From Deinococcus sp. (lineage in GTDB: Bacteria > Deinococcota > Deinococci > Deinococcales > Deinococcaceae), in contig OZ253375.1 in NCBI GenBank assembly GCA_965261005.1, positions 1,504,001 through 1,568,000 of the forward strand: a stretch of DNA of 64,000 nt. The letters run 5' to 3'. The notes under the pieces are model-generated. The model saw nothing but the letters and a program-made list of their open reading frames with translations, had not been told where the DNA came from and ran no database searches. Shown here one piece after another: positions 14,073 through 30,211 of this stretch (positions within the stretch are counted from its first letter, which is position 1; every line of letters starts with the position of its first letter). The position numbers were made by a program, and so were the translations under genes.

Positions 14073-14136
14073 AGCTTAACGGTTCCCGCTGAGGTAAGTG
14101 AAGTAACCTTCCCGGTCACCACAGAACGGCCGAAAA

Positions 14137-15378
14137 TCACTGTACGCCCTGGGGCGCGCCGCCGAGGGCCAGTTGCGTTTCAAACAGCTGCGGTCCGAAG
14201 GTGTTGGCGAGCAGGGCGCGGTCCTGCGGCAGCGCCCGCGCCGGGCCGAGCTGGGCGACCTCGGGGGCCGGATCGTTGAGGCGCCCAGGCAGTGCGCCGC
14301 CCAGCAGGGCGCTGAGGCCCACGCCGGGATAATAAAAGCCCAGAATCTGCGCGAAGTTCCAGCTTTCGCCCGCCAAGCTGCTGGCCCCCCACTGTGACAA
14401 GCCCACGCCATGCCCGGCTCCGGCGCCCGAGATCAGCAGTGGGTCCGCGCCGCTCAGGGCGACCCGCGTGGAGTAGGCGCCCAGCGAGCGCAGGTAGCCG
14501 CCGGCCTCAGCTCCCTCCAAGCGCGCCGTGCCCGCCGTTCCGACAAAGCTGAGTTCCAAGGGGCGACCCGAGGCGCTCGCGCGCGTGACGCTCACGCTGC
14601 CGAGGGCGCCCACCCGGACGGCGTAGCGCGCCGCCACCTCGGCGGCGCGCGCGAGGGGCACGCTCAGGGTCCAGTTGCTTTTGGGGCCGCGCGAGGCCGG
14701 GTCGGGCTGGGCCACCAGGTACGGAACGTCGCTGCCCCACACCTCGCCGGCGCTGGCGGTAAAGCCGCCGCTGTCGCTGGAAAACACCGCCCGCGCCGCC
14801 TTCCCCGCGTAGGAGATGACCTGCCCGCTTGTCTGCGCCACCGCTTGATCGCTGCCGGGCGCCTCTCTGCCGAGGCCCGCGTACACCTGACACTGCTCGC
14901 CGGCGCACAGGTCGTAGTCCGCCCCCGGACTCAGGCGTGACACGGCGTAGGTACGCGCGATCACCGCCTGCGCCTTGAGGGCCTCTGCCGGCCAATTGAC
15001 CGGCATCTCGGCCGGCACCACGCCGCGCAGGTAGTCCTCCAAGTCCACGACGTTGATCGCCTTCACCTTGGCGCCCACCGCGCGCAGCAGCAGGCCGCCC
15101 CGGTAAGCCACCCCCGCGACGCTCACCACGCTGCCCGGCGCCGGCGGCAAGTACAAGCTGGCCGAGCCGGCGTCTTGGCCGTTCAGGCTCAGGTGGGTGC
15201 CGGCCACGCCCGCCGTCCACTCGGCGTAGGCTGTGGACGCCGCGCCCACGCCATACGTCGAGGCGGCGCCCAGCGGCACCCGAACTTGAACCGTAGAAGC
15301 CGAGTTCACCAATACGCGCAAGTTGACGGCCGAGGCGCCGCCGCACAGCAGCGCCAAGCAAAAGGTGAGGACGCGCAT
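14137..15378 (-). CDS. SpoIID/LytB domain protein (lytic transglycosylase)
   Basis: LEDYLRGVVPAEMP..W..EALKAQAVIARTYA, CQVY.G, GHGVGLSQWGA; start reassigned to ATG 15378. Confidence 0.92.
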   Translation of the reverse strand: MRVLTFCLALLCGGASAVNLRVLVNSASTVQVRVPLGAASTYGVGAASTAYAEWTAGVAGTHLSLNGQDAGSASLYLPPAPGSVVSVAGVAYRGGLLLRAVGAKVKAINVVDLEDYLRGVVPAEMPVNWPAEALKAQAVIARTYAVSRLSPGADYDLCAGEQCQVYAGLGREAPGSDQAVAQTSGQVISYAGKAARAVFSSDSGGFTASAGEVWGSDVPYLVAQPDPASRGPKSNWTLSVPLARAAEVAARYAVRVGALGSVSVTRASASGRPLELSFVGTAGTARLEGAEAGGYLRSLGAYSTRVALSGADPLLISGAGAGHGVGLSQWGASSLAGESWNFAQILGFYYPGVGLSALLGGALPGRLNDPAPEVAQLGPARALPQDRALLANTFGPQLFETQLALGGAPQGVQ

Positions 15379-15444
15379 ATTCTCAGCACTATACTCGAAA
15401 CATAAGGAAAACATGATCGTCACGGCGAAGTTCACATTCCGGGA

Positions 15445-16680
15445 ATGGCCGGTTTGATGAGGGTGGGGCGGGTCTTTGCGCACGCCGGGCAGACCTTCGC
15501 GGGCGGCCACTACGACGTGCTGGTGGTGGGCGCCGGGCGGCTGGGCCTGGGCGCGGCCTTTTACCTGCGGCGCCTCGCGCCGGCGCTGCGGGTGCTGGTG
15601 GTGGAGCGCGAAGGCATTCCCAGCGAGTCGGGCGCCAGCGGCCGGGCGCGCGGCGTGTGGCGCCGCGCGGGATTGCCGCCAGAATGGCGCGGGCGGGCCG
15701 AGTGGGTGCGGCGGGTGTGGCAGGACCCGGCCCTGGAAACCGGAACCGCGCGGCCACACGACCCAGCGTTTCAGGGGGTGGGCTGGGCCGAACTGCAAGC
15801 GGCCGGACTGCCAGAAGTTGGACGGCCACAAGCCGGTCAGGGCGCGGACGCCGGGCTGGACCTGCTGACGCCCGGCGACTTTTCGGCCCACTTGAACGCG
15901 CCGGCGCGGGCACAACTGGCCGAACTCTGCGACCTCGGCGGCGTTCACGGCGTTCTGTTCGACGCTCAGGGCGGCTACGGCAGCGCCGTCACCTTGGCGC
16001 TGTCGTATGGCTACGCGGCGGTGGGGCTGGGCGCCGATTTGCTGCTGAACACCGAGGCGCGCCTCACGCCGGGGGGCGCGGAACTGCGGCGGCTCGACGT
16101 CACGCCACACATGCAGGTGGTGGTCGCGCAGCGCCTGGCGGTCACAGCGGGGCACACGGTCGTGGCCGCCGGCGCGTGGGGCAGCGCGCTGCTCGAAGAG
16201 GACCTGGGCCTGCCGGTCAAGCACGAACGGGCTTACGTGCAGTTTCCCAGGCTGGCCCTGGGCGCCGCGCCCGGGCTGCCGGTGCTCGCGGGGGCGGGCC
16301 TCACCTTGCGGCCCGGAGAGGGCGGTTTCCGCGTGCTGCCCCCACCCGGCGCCCCCGACCCGGCCGGCTATGAGCCGCGCGGCGCGCGCTTGGAAGGCGT
16401 GCCAGTGGGGATACGGCCGGAACTGCTGAAGTACTTGCTGGGTGCGCTGGACGTTTGGCCCATGTTGACGGGCGGAAAGCTCGACTTGGGCAAAACCTTG
16501 GCGGACGTGCCGGGCACTTGGGAAGCGCGTCCCCTGGGCGGCTGGCCGCTATGGGAGCGGGTTTCCCAGGGCGTCAGTTTGCTGCTGGGCGGCCCCGAGA
16601 GCGACCGCGCCGGACTGGCGGTGGCCTACGACTTGGCGGCGGCCTTGGCCGGCGTGAAAGCACGCCCTTGGCACCGTTGA
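15445..16680 (+). CDS. FAD-dependent oxidoreductase (DAO-like)
   Basis: YDVLVVGAGRLG Rossmann motif, VVAAGAW; start may be 15457. Confidence 0.8.
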   Translation: MAGLMRVGRVFAHAGQTFAGGHYDVLVVGAGRLGLGAAFYLRRLAPALRVLVVEREGIPSESGASGRARGVWRRAGLPPEWRGRAEWVRRVWQDPALETGTARPHDPAFQGVGWAELQAAGLPEVGRPQAGQGADAGLDLLTPGDFSAHLNAPARAQLAELCDLGGVHGVLFDAQGGYGSAVTLALSYGYAAVGLGADLLLNTEARLTPGGAELRRLDVTPHMQVVVAQRLAVTAGHTVVAAGAWGSALLEEDLGLPVKHERAYVQFPRLALGAAPGLPVLAGAGLTLRPGEGGFRVLPPPGAPDPAGYEPRGARLEGVPVGIRPELLKYLLGALDVWPMLTGGKLDLGKTLADVPGTWEARPLGGWPLWERVSQGVSLLLGGPESDRAGLAVAYDLAAALAGVKARPWHR

Positions 16681-16696
16681 TTGGTTAGCATGGCGT

Positions 16697-18208
<1,512 letters not shown>

Positions 18209-18229
18209 CGAATTGACCAAACAAAAAAA

Positions 18230-18255
18230 GTGGCCGAACTGTTCAGTTCGGCCAC
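18230..18255 (-). terminator. Intrinsic terminator of the 16S transcript
   Basis: GTGGCCGAACTG-tt-CAGTTCGGCCAC followed by a T-tract on the minus strand. Confidence 0.85.
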
Positions 18256-18292
18256 CGCACAACAATCAAAAGGGCGAGAGTATAGAGATGAA

Positions 18293-19806
<1,514 letters not shown>

Positions 19807-20012
19807 TGGTTACCAAAAGGGCTAGAGCCCCCTAAGTACAAGCTTGTCCCATGCTCTCGCATGGCTTTTACTGCTCTTTTTGACAAGTCTGGAGGTCGGC
19901 TTGCGAGCCTGACGGCCCGGTTAACCTACCCGCTTGTCGCCTCCTGTCGGAGGTCCCTCATTCTCTCGTCTCGCCCTTTTGTCATGTTGCGCGCCTCGGA
20001 TGAGGCTTATAG

Positions 20013-20041
20013 AGATTACGGCATAAAGTGCCCGCTGTCAA
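20013..20041 (-). promoter_or_regulatory. 16S rRNA promoter
   Basis: Minus strand TTGACA-17 nt-TAATCT about 200 nt upstream of mature 16S. Confidence 0.8.
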
Positions 20042-20141
20042 GCCCCTTTCACGCCTTCAGTCCAGCAGTCCAGTTCCCGGCAGGTTCGCCACGGCGCCCG
20101 GACAATACCCGTATAGTGATGGCGCGGAGAGGAACGAACCT

Positions 20142-21119
20142 ATGGACGAAGAGCTGAGCTTGCGTGACATCTCCGATATTCTGGGCCAGTACAAGATCCT
20201 AATTTTTGGTTTGCCCTTGCTGCTGGCCGTGATCGCCTTCGCGGCGGCGAGCTTTTTTCCTAAAACGTATACGTCGGAAGCGGTCGTGGCGCTGAACAAC
20301 ATCGCTGCTGGGGGAACGGCGAGTACGGTCACCCTCGATCCCAATCTGCTGCCCAGCGCGTCCGCCCTGGTGAGCGGCTACCAAGTCGCCGCGCCCAGGC
20401 GGCTCGCCGGGGTGTGGAATACGGACGCCGCCAAGGTGGCGGCGCAGTTCGGCATCAAGGCCGACGACAAGAGCGGCGTGATCAGCTTGACCGCGCGGGC
20501 GGAGCGGCCCGCCACGGCGCAGGCGCGCGCCGAGCAAGCGGTGGGCGACTTCGTCAGCTACACCAACGGCGTGGTCACCAACGTCCTCTTGGCGAGCTAC
20601 CGCTCGCGCTTGGAGCAAACCCAATTCGACCTCCAAAGTGACCGGCAGGTCGTCAAGAGCTTGCGCGCCTCGCTGGCGGGTACGCCCGCCGTGCTGTCCG
20701 GCCAAGGCGTCGCCAGCGGCCGGGACGGCGCCGCCGGGGCCGGACTTGATCCGCGCTTCGCGGGCAACGCCGACCAAGCGGCCAACCCGGCTTATTCCTA
20801 TTTGTCCGTGCAGATCGCGCAAACCGAGGCGCGTCTGGCTGGCAACGGCGCGCTGCTGGCCCAACTCCAGACCGCCGTGAATAACCCGGGGCAGCTCATC
20901 GCGTTGGCGCGCCAAACCACCCAGCTCAACCAACTGGCCGACCCCAACCTGGCCAACAAACCCGATGGGGTGGGGCGCGGCACGCTGACCATTCTGGCCT
21001 TGTTGCTGGGCGCCTTGCTCGCGGTGCTGATCGCCTTTGTGAGCCACGCTTTACGGCGGCCCGCGACGCCCACGCCTGCGCCACGCCGCGCCCTGACGCC
21101 CGAGTCCGACCTCCGCTGA
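20142..21119 (+). CDS. Wzz/GumC-type polysaccharide chain-length determinant
   Basis: DEELSLRDI N terminus, TM1 followed by PKTYTSEA, coiled-coil middle, Gly-rich TM2; start reassigned to ATG 20142 with RBS. Confidence 0.75.
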   Translation: MDEELSLRDISDILGQYKILIFGLPLLLAVIAFAAASFFPKTYTSEAVVALNNIAAGGTASTVTLDPNLLPSASALVSGYQVAAPRRLAGVWNTDAAKVAAQFGIKADDKSGVISLTARAERPATAQARAEQAVGDFVSYTNGVVTNVLLASYRSRLEQTQFDLQSDRQVVKSLRASLAGTPAVLSGQGVASGRDGAAGAGLDPRFAGNADQAANPAYSYLSVQIAQTEARLAGNGALLAQLQTAVNNPGQLIALARQTTQLNQLADPNLANKPDGVGRGTLTILALLLGALLAVLIAFVSHALRRPATPTPAPRRALTPESDLR

Positions 21120-21132
21120 GCGGCCGGGAACC

Positions 21133-23688
21133 GTGAGCGTCACCGCGCCCCGCTTTGCCGCCCGCCTGGACGCCTTTTTGCGGGCCACACTGGGCGGTGG
21201 GGCCACGCTTTTGCACGAAGAGGCGCCGGCGCACACGCTGCCGTTAACTGCGCTGGGCTGGACACCGGCGGTACAGGCCGGCTTCGGCCACGGTCAGGTC
21301 TACCGCCATCAAGCCGAGGCCTACCGCCTGCTGTCGGAAGGGCAGCACGTGATCGTGACCACGCCGACCGCCTCGGGCAAAACCGGCGCCTTTTTCCCGG
21401 CGGTGTTCGAAGGCCTTGCGCACGAGGAACAGGCGACCGCCCTTTTCATCTACCCGCTGGTGGCCCTCGGGCAGGACCAGCGCGACAAGCTGGAGGCGTT
21501 TTTGCGCGCGGGCCGCTTTTCCTGGGAAATTGGCGCCTTTCAGGGCGCGGCGCGGCCGGAAGCGGTGTTCCGTCCTGGCGTGCGCATGGTCACGGCCACC
21601 CCGGACAAGCTGCACTGGAGCTTCACCCATCCGGCAGTACAGGAGTTTTTAAAAAATTTGCGTTTCGTCGTGCTCGACGAGGCCCATACCTACCGGGGCG
21701 GCTTCGGCAGCGAGGTGGCCGGCCTGCTGCGCCGTTTGCTGGACCTCGCCCGGGCGCTGGGCGCCACGCCGCAGGTGATCCTTTCGACCGCCACCATCGG
21801 CAACCCCAGTGAGTTTGCACGCGAGCTGACCGGCCTGACGCCGCGCGAGGTGGGCGAGTCGGGCGCGGCGGGACACGGCAAGCGTTACTACCTGGCCGAC
21901 CACGGCGGGCAGCCGCGCCGCTTTTGGGACGCGGTGCAGCAGGCCAGCCGCGCGCAGGGTCTCAAGACGCTGGCCTTTTTCCGAGGGCGTTCGCGGGCTG
22001 CCCGGCTCTACTCGACCTACCGGGCGCACCCGCTGTACGGGCCGCACACCCACCTGTACATGGCGGGCACCTCCGGCCGGGCGGGGCGCCTGAGCGACTT
22101 TCGCGCGGCCGTGGGCGGCGTGATGTTCGCCACCAACGCGCTGGAGGCCGGGGTGGACATCGGCGACTTGGAGGTGGTGATCCTCGACGGCTATCCGGGC
22201 ACGCGCATGGCCTTTCGGCAGATGGCGGGCCGGGCGGGACGCGCCGGACCGGGCTTGGTGCTGTACCTGCCGGCGCTCGACGAGCGCGGTTTGCCGCACC
22301 CGGTGGACGCCTTTTACAGCAACGCGGGCAACTTCCGCGAGCTGCTGACCGGCCCGCTAGAAAGGGCCGTGATTGAGCCGGAGAATCCCTACATCGCCCC
22401 CAGGCACGCCGCGCGCGCCCAAGAAGAGCGCGCCAGCGCCGGCTTGCAAGGTGAAGCGTCCAAAAGCCGCTACTGGAACTTGCGCGGCGAGGGCAGCACC
22501 GCCTACGCCGTGGTGGAGCGCGCCGATTGGGAAGCGCGCGGCGTGGCCTCCCTGGCGGGCGCCTTTGAGACGCCCAGCCAGCACTACGCCCTGACCGAAA
22601 AGCACGAGGGCGCCATGTTCACGCTGGAGGGGCAGGGCTACCAGGTGGTGCGCTGGGAGGAGCATGGGGGCGGCACCGCCATTCTGGTCGAGCGGCAAAG
22701 TGCAGCGCCCTTGTTTACGCGCGGCCTTTACGAGACGGTGGTGCGGCCCGTGCAAATGGACGCTTGGACGCGGCGCGGCGCCCTCGCCACCCGCTACGGC
22801 GAGGTGGTGGTCACGCGGCGCTACACCGGGTACGCCATGCTGCGCCAAGTGTTCGCCCGCACCTGTGTCCAGTGCGACCGCGAACCCGAGCTGAGCGAGC
22901 GCAGCTGCCGCGCCTGCGGCGGGCGCATTCAGGACCGTATGCAGGACCAAAAGGTCGCTGAGCACGACTTCGAGGTGCCGCGGGAACTGCCCCCCTTTCG
23001 CACGGTGGCGCTGGAAGTCGGGGTGGACGGGCCGGGGGCCGTGGCACACACCCTCAAGCACCTGTTGCACAAGCTGATTCCCGAGCAGGTCGCCTGCGAC
23101 GCGGGCGACCTCGCGGGCGCCTTTCGACCGGGGCGCGACAACTATTTCTATCTATACGACGATTGGCGCGGCGGCCTCGGGGTCGCCCGGCGCGCGGCCG
23201 AACAGTTGGACGACCTGCTGGCCCGCGCCCTCGCGCTGTGCGCGCAGGGTTGCTGTGAGGCGGGCTGCTTCGAGTGCACCGCCACGGGGCGCTGCTTCTC
23301 CCCCTTTCTTCCCAGTGGCGAGCGGCGCCCCACCGACAAAAAAGCGACCCGCGAGGTGCTGGCGGCGGCCCTCGGCGTCGCGGTCGAGGCGCCCACACCC
23401 CGCCCGGCCACGCCGCTGAACTGGCTGGCCCAGGCGCGCGAATTGGTCGAATTGCGCGGCCTGAGCCTGACCGAGGTGAGCGCCAAGCTGGGCCTTCCCT
23501 CGCGCGAGCTGACGCGCGCCCTGTCCGGCGTGGGTCCTTTAAAAGTCCGGCACGCCAAGTTCGGCGAGGGCACCCTTCTGGGCGGCAGCGGGACGGGCGA
23601 GCGGCGCGAGGTGCTGGCCTACTTTCCCGGCGCGGGGCAGAAGAGATTGCTGGTGGAGCGCGCCGGGCTGGAGGTGCTGGAGGACTGA
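21133..23688 (+). CDS. DEAH-box SF2 helicase with DUF1998 (MrfA/Hrq1/SftH-like) plus C-terminal HTH-like and Tudor-like segments
   Basis: TPTASGKT, DEAH, STATIGN, ATNALEAGVDIG, QMAGRAGR; HTLKHLL, YDD..GGLG and C-x3-C(C)-x3-CFEC cluster. Confidence 0.88.
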   Translation: MSVTAPRFAARLDAFLRATLGGGATLLHEEAPAHTLPLTALGWTPAVQAGFGHGQVYRHQAEAYRLLSEGQHVIVTTPTASGKTGAFFPAVFEGLAHEEQATALFIYPLVALGQDQRDKLEAFLRAGRFSWEIGAFQGAARPEAVFRPGVRMVTATPDKLHWSFTHPAVQEFLKNLRFVVLDEAHTYRGGFGSEVAGLLRRLLDLARALGATPQVILSTATIGNPSEFARELTGLTPREVGESGAAGHGKRYYLADHGGQPRRFWDAVQQASRAQGLKTLAFFRGRSRAARLYSTYRAHPLYGPHTHLYMAGTSGRAGRLSDFRAAVGGVMFATNALEAGVDIGDLEVVILDGYPGTRMAFRQMAGRAGRAGPGLVLYLPALDERGLPHPVDAFYSNAGNFRELLTGPLERAVIEPENPYIAPRHAARAQEERASAGLQGEASKSRYWNLRGEGSTAYAVVERADWEARGVASLAGAFETPSQHYALTEKHEGAMFTLEGQGYQVVRWEEHGGGTAILVERQSAAPLFTRGLYETVVRPVQMDAWTRRGALATRYGEVVVTRRYTGYAMLRQVFARTCVQCDREPELSERSCRACGGRIQDRMQDQKVAEHDFEVPRELPPFRTVALEVGVDGPGAVAHTLKHLLHKLIPEQVACDAGDLAGAFRPGRDNYFYLYDDWRGGLGVARRAAEQLDDLLARALALCAQGCCEAGCFECTATGRCFSPFLPSGERRPTDKKATREVLAAALGVAVEAPTPRPATPLNWLAQARELVELRGLSLTEVSAKLGLPSRELTRALSGVGPLKVRHAKFGEGTLLGGSGTGERREVLAYFPGAGQKRLLVERAGLEVLED

Positions 23689-23710
23689 GGCGGGCCGCTA
23701 TACTTGTCCG

Positions 23711-26425
<2,715 letters not shown>

Positions 26426-26569
26426 CCAAGCGCGTGTCTTCAGAAATACTCTTCCAGGCACACTCTTTCCAAAAACACTCTTTAGGGAACGCTCTTTTCA
26501 AGAGCGCGTCAGGTTGAGGGGCTAGACTGGTCGAAAGTCTGGGGCGCCGCGTGAGGCCCCACAGAGGAC

Positions 26570-27046
26570 GTGATGACCAGAATACTCAACCACCTTTTGT
26601 TTGTGCTGCTGTGCGCGCTGTGCAGTTTGGCCTCCGCCCTGACGGTGCGCGTGACCGACCGCGACTTGCAAGGGCTGCTCGGCCAAGGCGAAAGCGCGGG
26701 CGGCAAGCTCACGCTGCAACTGTTGGCCGGCGCTTCCGGGCCGGTCACGGTGTTCATCAACGACGGCAGCTCGATTACCAGCTATCAGGGAACGGTGCAG
26801 GACGGACAACTCGCCCTCGACAAGTCGGCCGGCGGACAGTTGGCCAAGCTGCTCGCGGAACGTGGTCTGACCCTGACCGTTGTGACCGTACCCGCCATCA
26901 GCGACCGCTCGATCAGCTTGCCCGGTCTTCAGCCGCAGGACGGCAAGAAAAAGGACGTGAGCAACGCGGTCACGGATCAAGTCAAGGATCAGGCCAAGGA
27001 CAAGCTCAAAAGCCTGCCCGTCAACCCGGTCAAGGGGAAACCCTAA
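26570..27046 (+). CDS. Hypothetical secreted protein
   Basis: Signal peptide ending ASA; first gene before the two-component system. Confidence 0.75.
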   Translation: MMTRILNHLLFVLLCALCSLASALTVRVTDRDLQGLLGQGESAGGKLTLQLLAGASGPVTVFINDGSSITSYQGTVQDGQLALDKSAGGQLAKLLAERGLTLTVVTVPAISDRSISLPGLQPQDGKKKDVSNAVTDQVKDQAKDKLKSLPVNPVKGKP

Positions 27047-27080
27047 GCCGCCCCCCGCAAAGGACGCAAAGGAGACGCTC

Positions 27081-27740
<660 letters not shown>

Positions 27741-27772
27741 CGTGACGCGCCCCGCATGACCCTACGCCACAT

Positions 27773-29086
27773 ATGACCCTGCGCCTGCGCCTCGCCTTGG
27801 TGTACAGCCTGATCGCCTTTGTGCTGATCGCGGTCGTGGCCGGTGTTGGCACCTGGCTGCTGACGCGCGCCCTCGACCAACAGTTCGACGAGCGCCTGAA
27901 CGACCAAGCGACCTACGCGAGCGGGCTGCTCACCGGGGCCGTCAGCTTGGGCGATTACCGGCCCTCCGGCGGGGCGCTGCTGCTGGCCGTCAACAAGGAC
28001 GGCAGCGAGGCGTACCGTTCGCCGGCCTTGGCGCCGCTCAAACCGGGACCGCTGATTCAGGACGGCCACCAACAATTGGGGCGCGTCTCGGTGCGGGCCA
28101 TCGTGCGCCCGCTCGGCTCGCCGGGCGTCAGCATCGGAACGCTGTGGGTGGCCCTTCCCGACGACAGCTTAGAAAGCGCCAAGCGCAGCGCGTGGCAACT
28201 CCTGGCTTGGGGCTTGGCGGTGGCGCCCGCGCTGATGCTGATGCTGGGCTGGGCGGTGGGGCGCTATCTGCTGCGCGGCCTCAGCTCGGCGGCGCGGGTG
28301 GCCGAGCGGCTCGACCCGTTCGCCGGCAGCATTCCGCTGCCGCAGCGCCACGACGAGGTCTACCGCTTGCTGGAGGCGATCAACCGTTTGCTCGCCCGCA
28401 TCGAGACGCAGCAGCAGAACGAGAAGCGCCTGCTGGGCCAGATCGTGCACGAACTCGGCGCGCCGTTGACGGCCATCAAGGCTTACCTGGCGCGCGCCAG
28501 CGCGCGCACGGGGGACGCCGAGGTGGCCCGCGCGGAATTGGTGGCCGAGGAGCTGTCCTTTACCGCCCAGGACTTGATGCAGCTCGCGCGCGGCCAAACC
28601 GACTTCGCGCTGGCGCTGCACTTTCTGCCCGCCTTTTTGCTGCGCGAGCGCCTCGACCGCTTGGTGCCCGGCGTACGGTACCTGGGCGACTGGAACGTGA
28701 TGGTGCTGTGTGACCCCGACCGCCTCGTGCAGGCGCTGCGCAACGTGCTGGCCAACGCGCGCCGCGCCGCCGGGGCGGCGGGCCACGTCGAGTTGTGCCT
28801 GGAGGAGCGCGGCAGCCAAGTGCGCTTCGTCGCGCGCGACAGCGGCCCCGGCTTGCCGCTGGGGCTGGGCGAGCGCATCTTCGACCCCTTCGTGTCGGGC
28901 AGCGGTTCCAGCGGCCTGGGGCTGAGCGTGTCGCGCCAGATCACCCAGCAGCACGGCGGGCAATTGACCGGCGAGAACCGCCCAGAGGGGGGCGCCGAGT
29001 TCGTGCTGAGCTTGCCCGGCGCCAGCACCCTGGACGAGGAGGACGTGGACGAGCCGGCGGACGTGGTGGACGGCCGCCCCATTTGA
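27773..29086 (+). CDS. Sensor histidine kinase with HAMP domain
   Basis: Two TM helices, H-box VHELGAPL, N-box NVLANA, DSGPG, GLGL. Confidence 0.93.
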   Translation: MTLRLRLALVYSLIAFVLIAVVAGVGTWLLTRALDQQFDERLNDQATYASGLLTGAVSLGDYRPSGGALLLAVNKDGSEAYRSPALAPLKPGPLIQDGHQQLGRVSVRAIVRPLGSPGVSIGTLWVALPDDSLESAKRSAWQLLAWGLAVAPALMLMLGWAVGRYLLRGLSSAARVAERLDPFAGSIPLPQRHDEVYRLLEAINRLLARIETQQQNEKRLLGQIVHELGAPLTAIKAYLARASARTGDAEVARAELVAEELSFTAQDLMQLARGQTDFALALHFLPAFLLRERLDRLVPGVRYLGDWNVMVLCDPDRLVQALRNVLANARRAAGAAGHVELCLEERGSQVRFVARDSGPGLPLGLGERIFDPFVSGSGSSGLGLSVSRQITQQHGGQLTGENRPEGGAEFVLSLPGASTLDEEDVDEPADVVDGRPI

Positions 29087-29108
29087 GAAATTTGCTAGCG
29101 TGAGCGCC

Positions 29109-29864
29109 ATGAACCAGTGGAACGCCGTGGTGCTGGGTGGCGGTGACCCCGGCGAGGCGCTGGCGGTCGCCCACGGGGTCGCCGTCAAACCCCTGATTGA
29201 GCTGGACGGGCGGCCGATGGGCCAGTACGTTCTGGAAGCGTTGCGGGGGAGCGGCTCGGTAAACCACGTCGCCTACGTCGGGCCGCTCACGCCGTCTATG
29301 CGCGGCTTGGTGGACTTGGAGGTGCCCGACGCGGGCCGCCTGATCGCCAATCTGGAGGCGGGCCTGCGGGCGCTGGGCGAGCAGCGGCGCGTGCTGGTCG
29401 CCACCGCCGACGTTCCCCTGATCAGCGGGGCCATGCTGCGGGACGTGCTGGACGCGGCGCCGGAAGCGGGTTTGGTCTACCCTATCGTGCGCCGCGAGGT
29501 GTGCGAGGCGGCCTTTCCGGGGGTGAAGCGCACCTACGTCAAGCTGAAGGAGGGAAGGTTCACCGGCGGCAACGTGTTTCTGCTGGACCCGGCGCTGGCC
29601 TTGCGCTTTCTGCCCAAAATCGAACAGTTGCTGGCGCAGCGCAAACGGCCGCTGGCGCTGGCGGGGCTGATCGGCTGGCCGGTGCTGGTCAGGCTGCTGA
29701 CCGGACGCCTGAGTTTGTCCGAATTGGAGCGGCGCGTCTCCGCCATTCTGGGCGCCCCGGTGCGCGCCCTAATCAGCGAGCACGCCGCCATCGGCACCGA
29801 CGTGGACAAGGAGGCGGACCTGGACTTGGTTCGCGCCCGCTTGAAGCAGGCCCCTTCTTCATAG
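29109..29864 (+). CDS. MobA-like NTP transferase domain protein
   Basis: AVVLGGG...[27 protein letters not shown] -10 favours ATG 29109. Confidence 0.8.
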   Translation: MNQWNAVVLGGGDPGEALAVAHGVAVKPLIELDGRPMGQYVLEALRGSGSVNHVAYVGPLTPSMRGLVDLEVPDAGRLIANLEAGLRALGEQRRVLVATADVPLISGAMLRDVLDAAPEAGLVYPIVRREVCEAAFPGVKRTYVKLKEGRFTGGNVFLLDPALALRFLPKIEQLLAQRKRPLALAGLIGWPVLVRLLTGRLSLSELERRVSAILGAPVRALISEHAAIGTDVDKEADLDLVRARLKQAPSS

Positions 29865-29915
29865 TCGGGACACCTGACTGTTGCCAGCGCGCGGCGCGGC
29901 ACCCATAATGGGCGG

Positions 29916-30152
<237 letters not shown>

Positions 30153-30178
30153 GCAGAATCCGTATAAAGCACAAGTCC

Positions 30179-30211
30179 AAAAAAAGCCCCGATTGCTCGG
30201 GGCTTTTTTTT
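30179..30211. terminator. Bidirectional intrinsic terminator between ferredoxin and tig
   Basis: A-tract-GCCCCGA-ttgc-TCGGGGC-T-tract. Confidence 0.9.

Noticed and set aside
15389..15405. DdrO/RDRM-like operator (TTATGTTTCGAGTATAG on minus strand)
   Set aside because: About three mismatches including conserved positions, and the flanking genes are not typical regulon members
15379..16224. 695-aa version of the SpoIID ORF
   Set aside because: The extension is antisense to the FAD oxidoreductase; the signal peptide starts at 15378
21133..23688. Helicase as part of a DISARM, Druantia or Dpd defence system
   Set aside because: No methylase, PLD nuclease or partner genes nearby; housekeeping context and host-like composition
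26434..26506. CRISPR array
   Set aside because: Repeats are short and degenerate with no spacers; no cas genes or repeat-spacer arrays anywhere in the window
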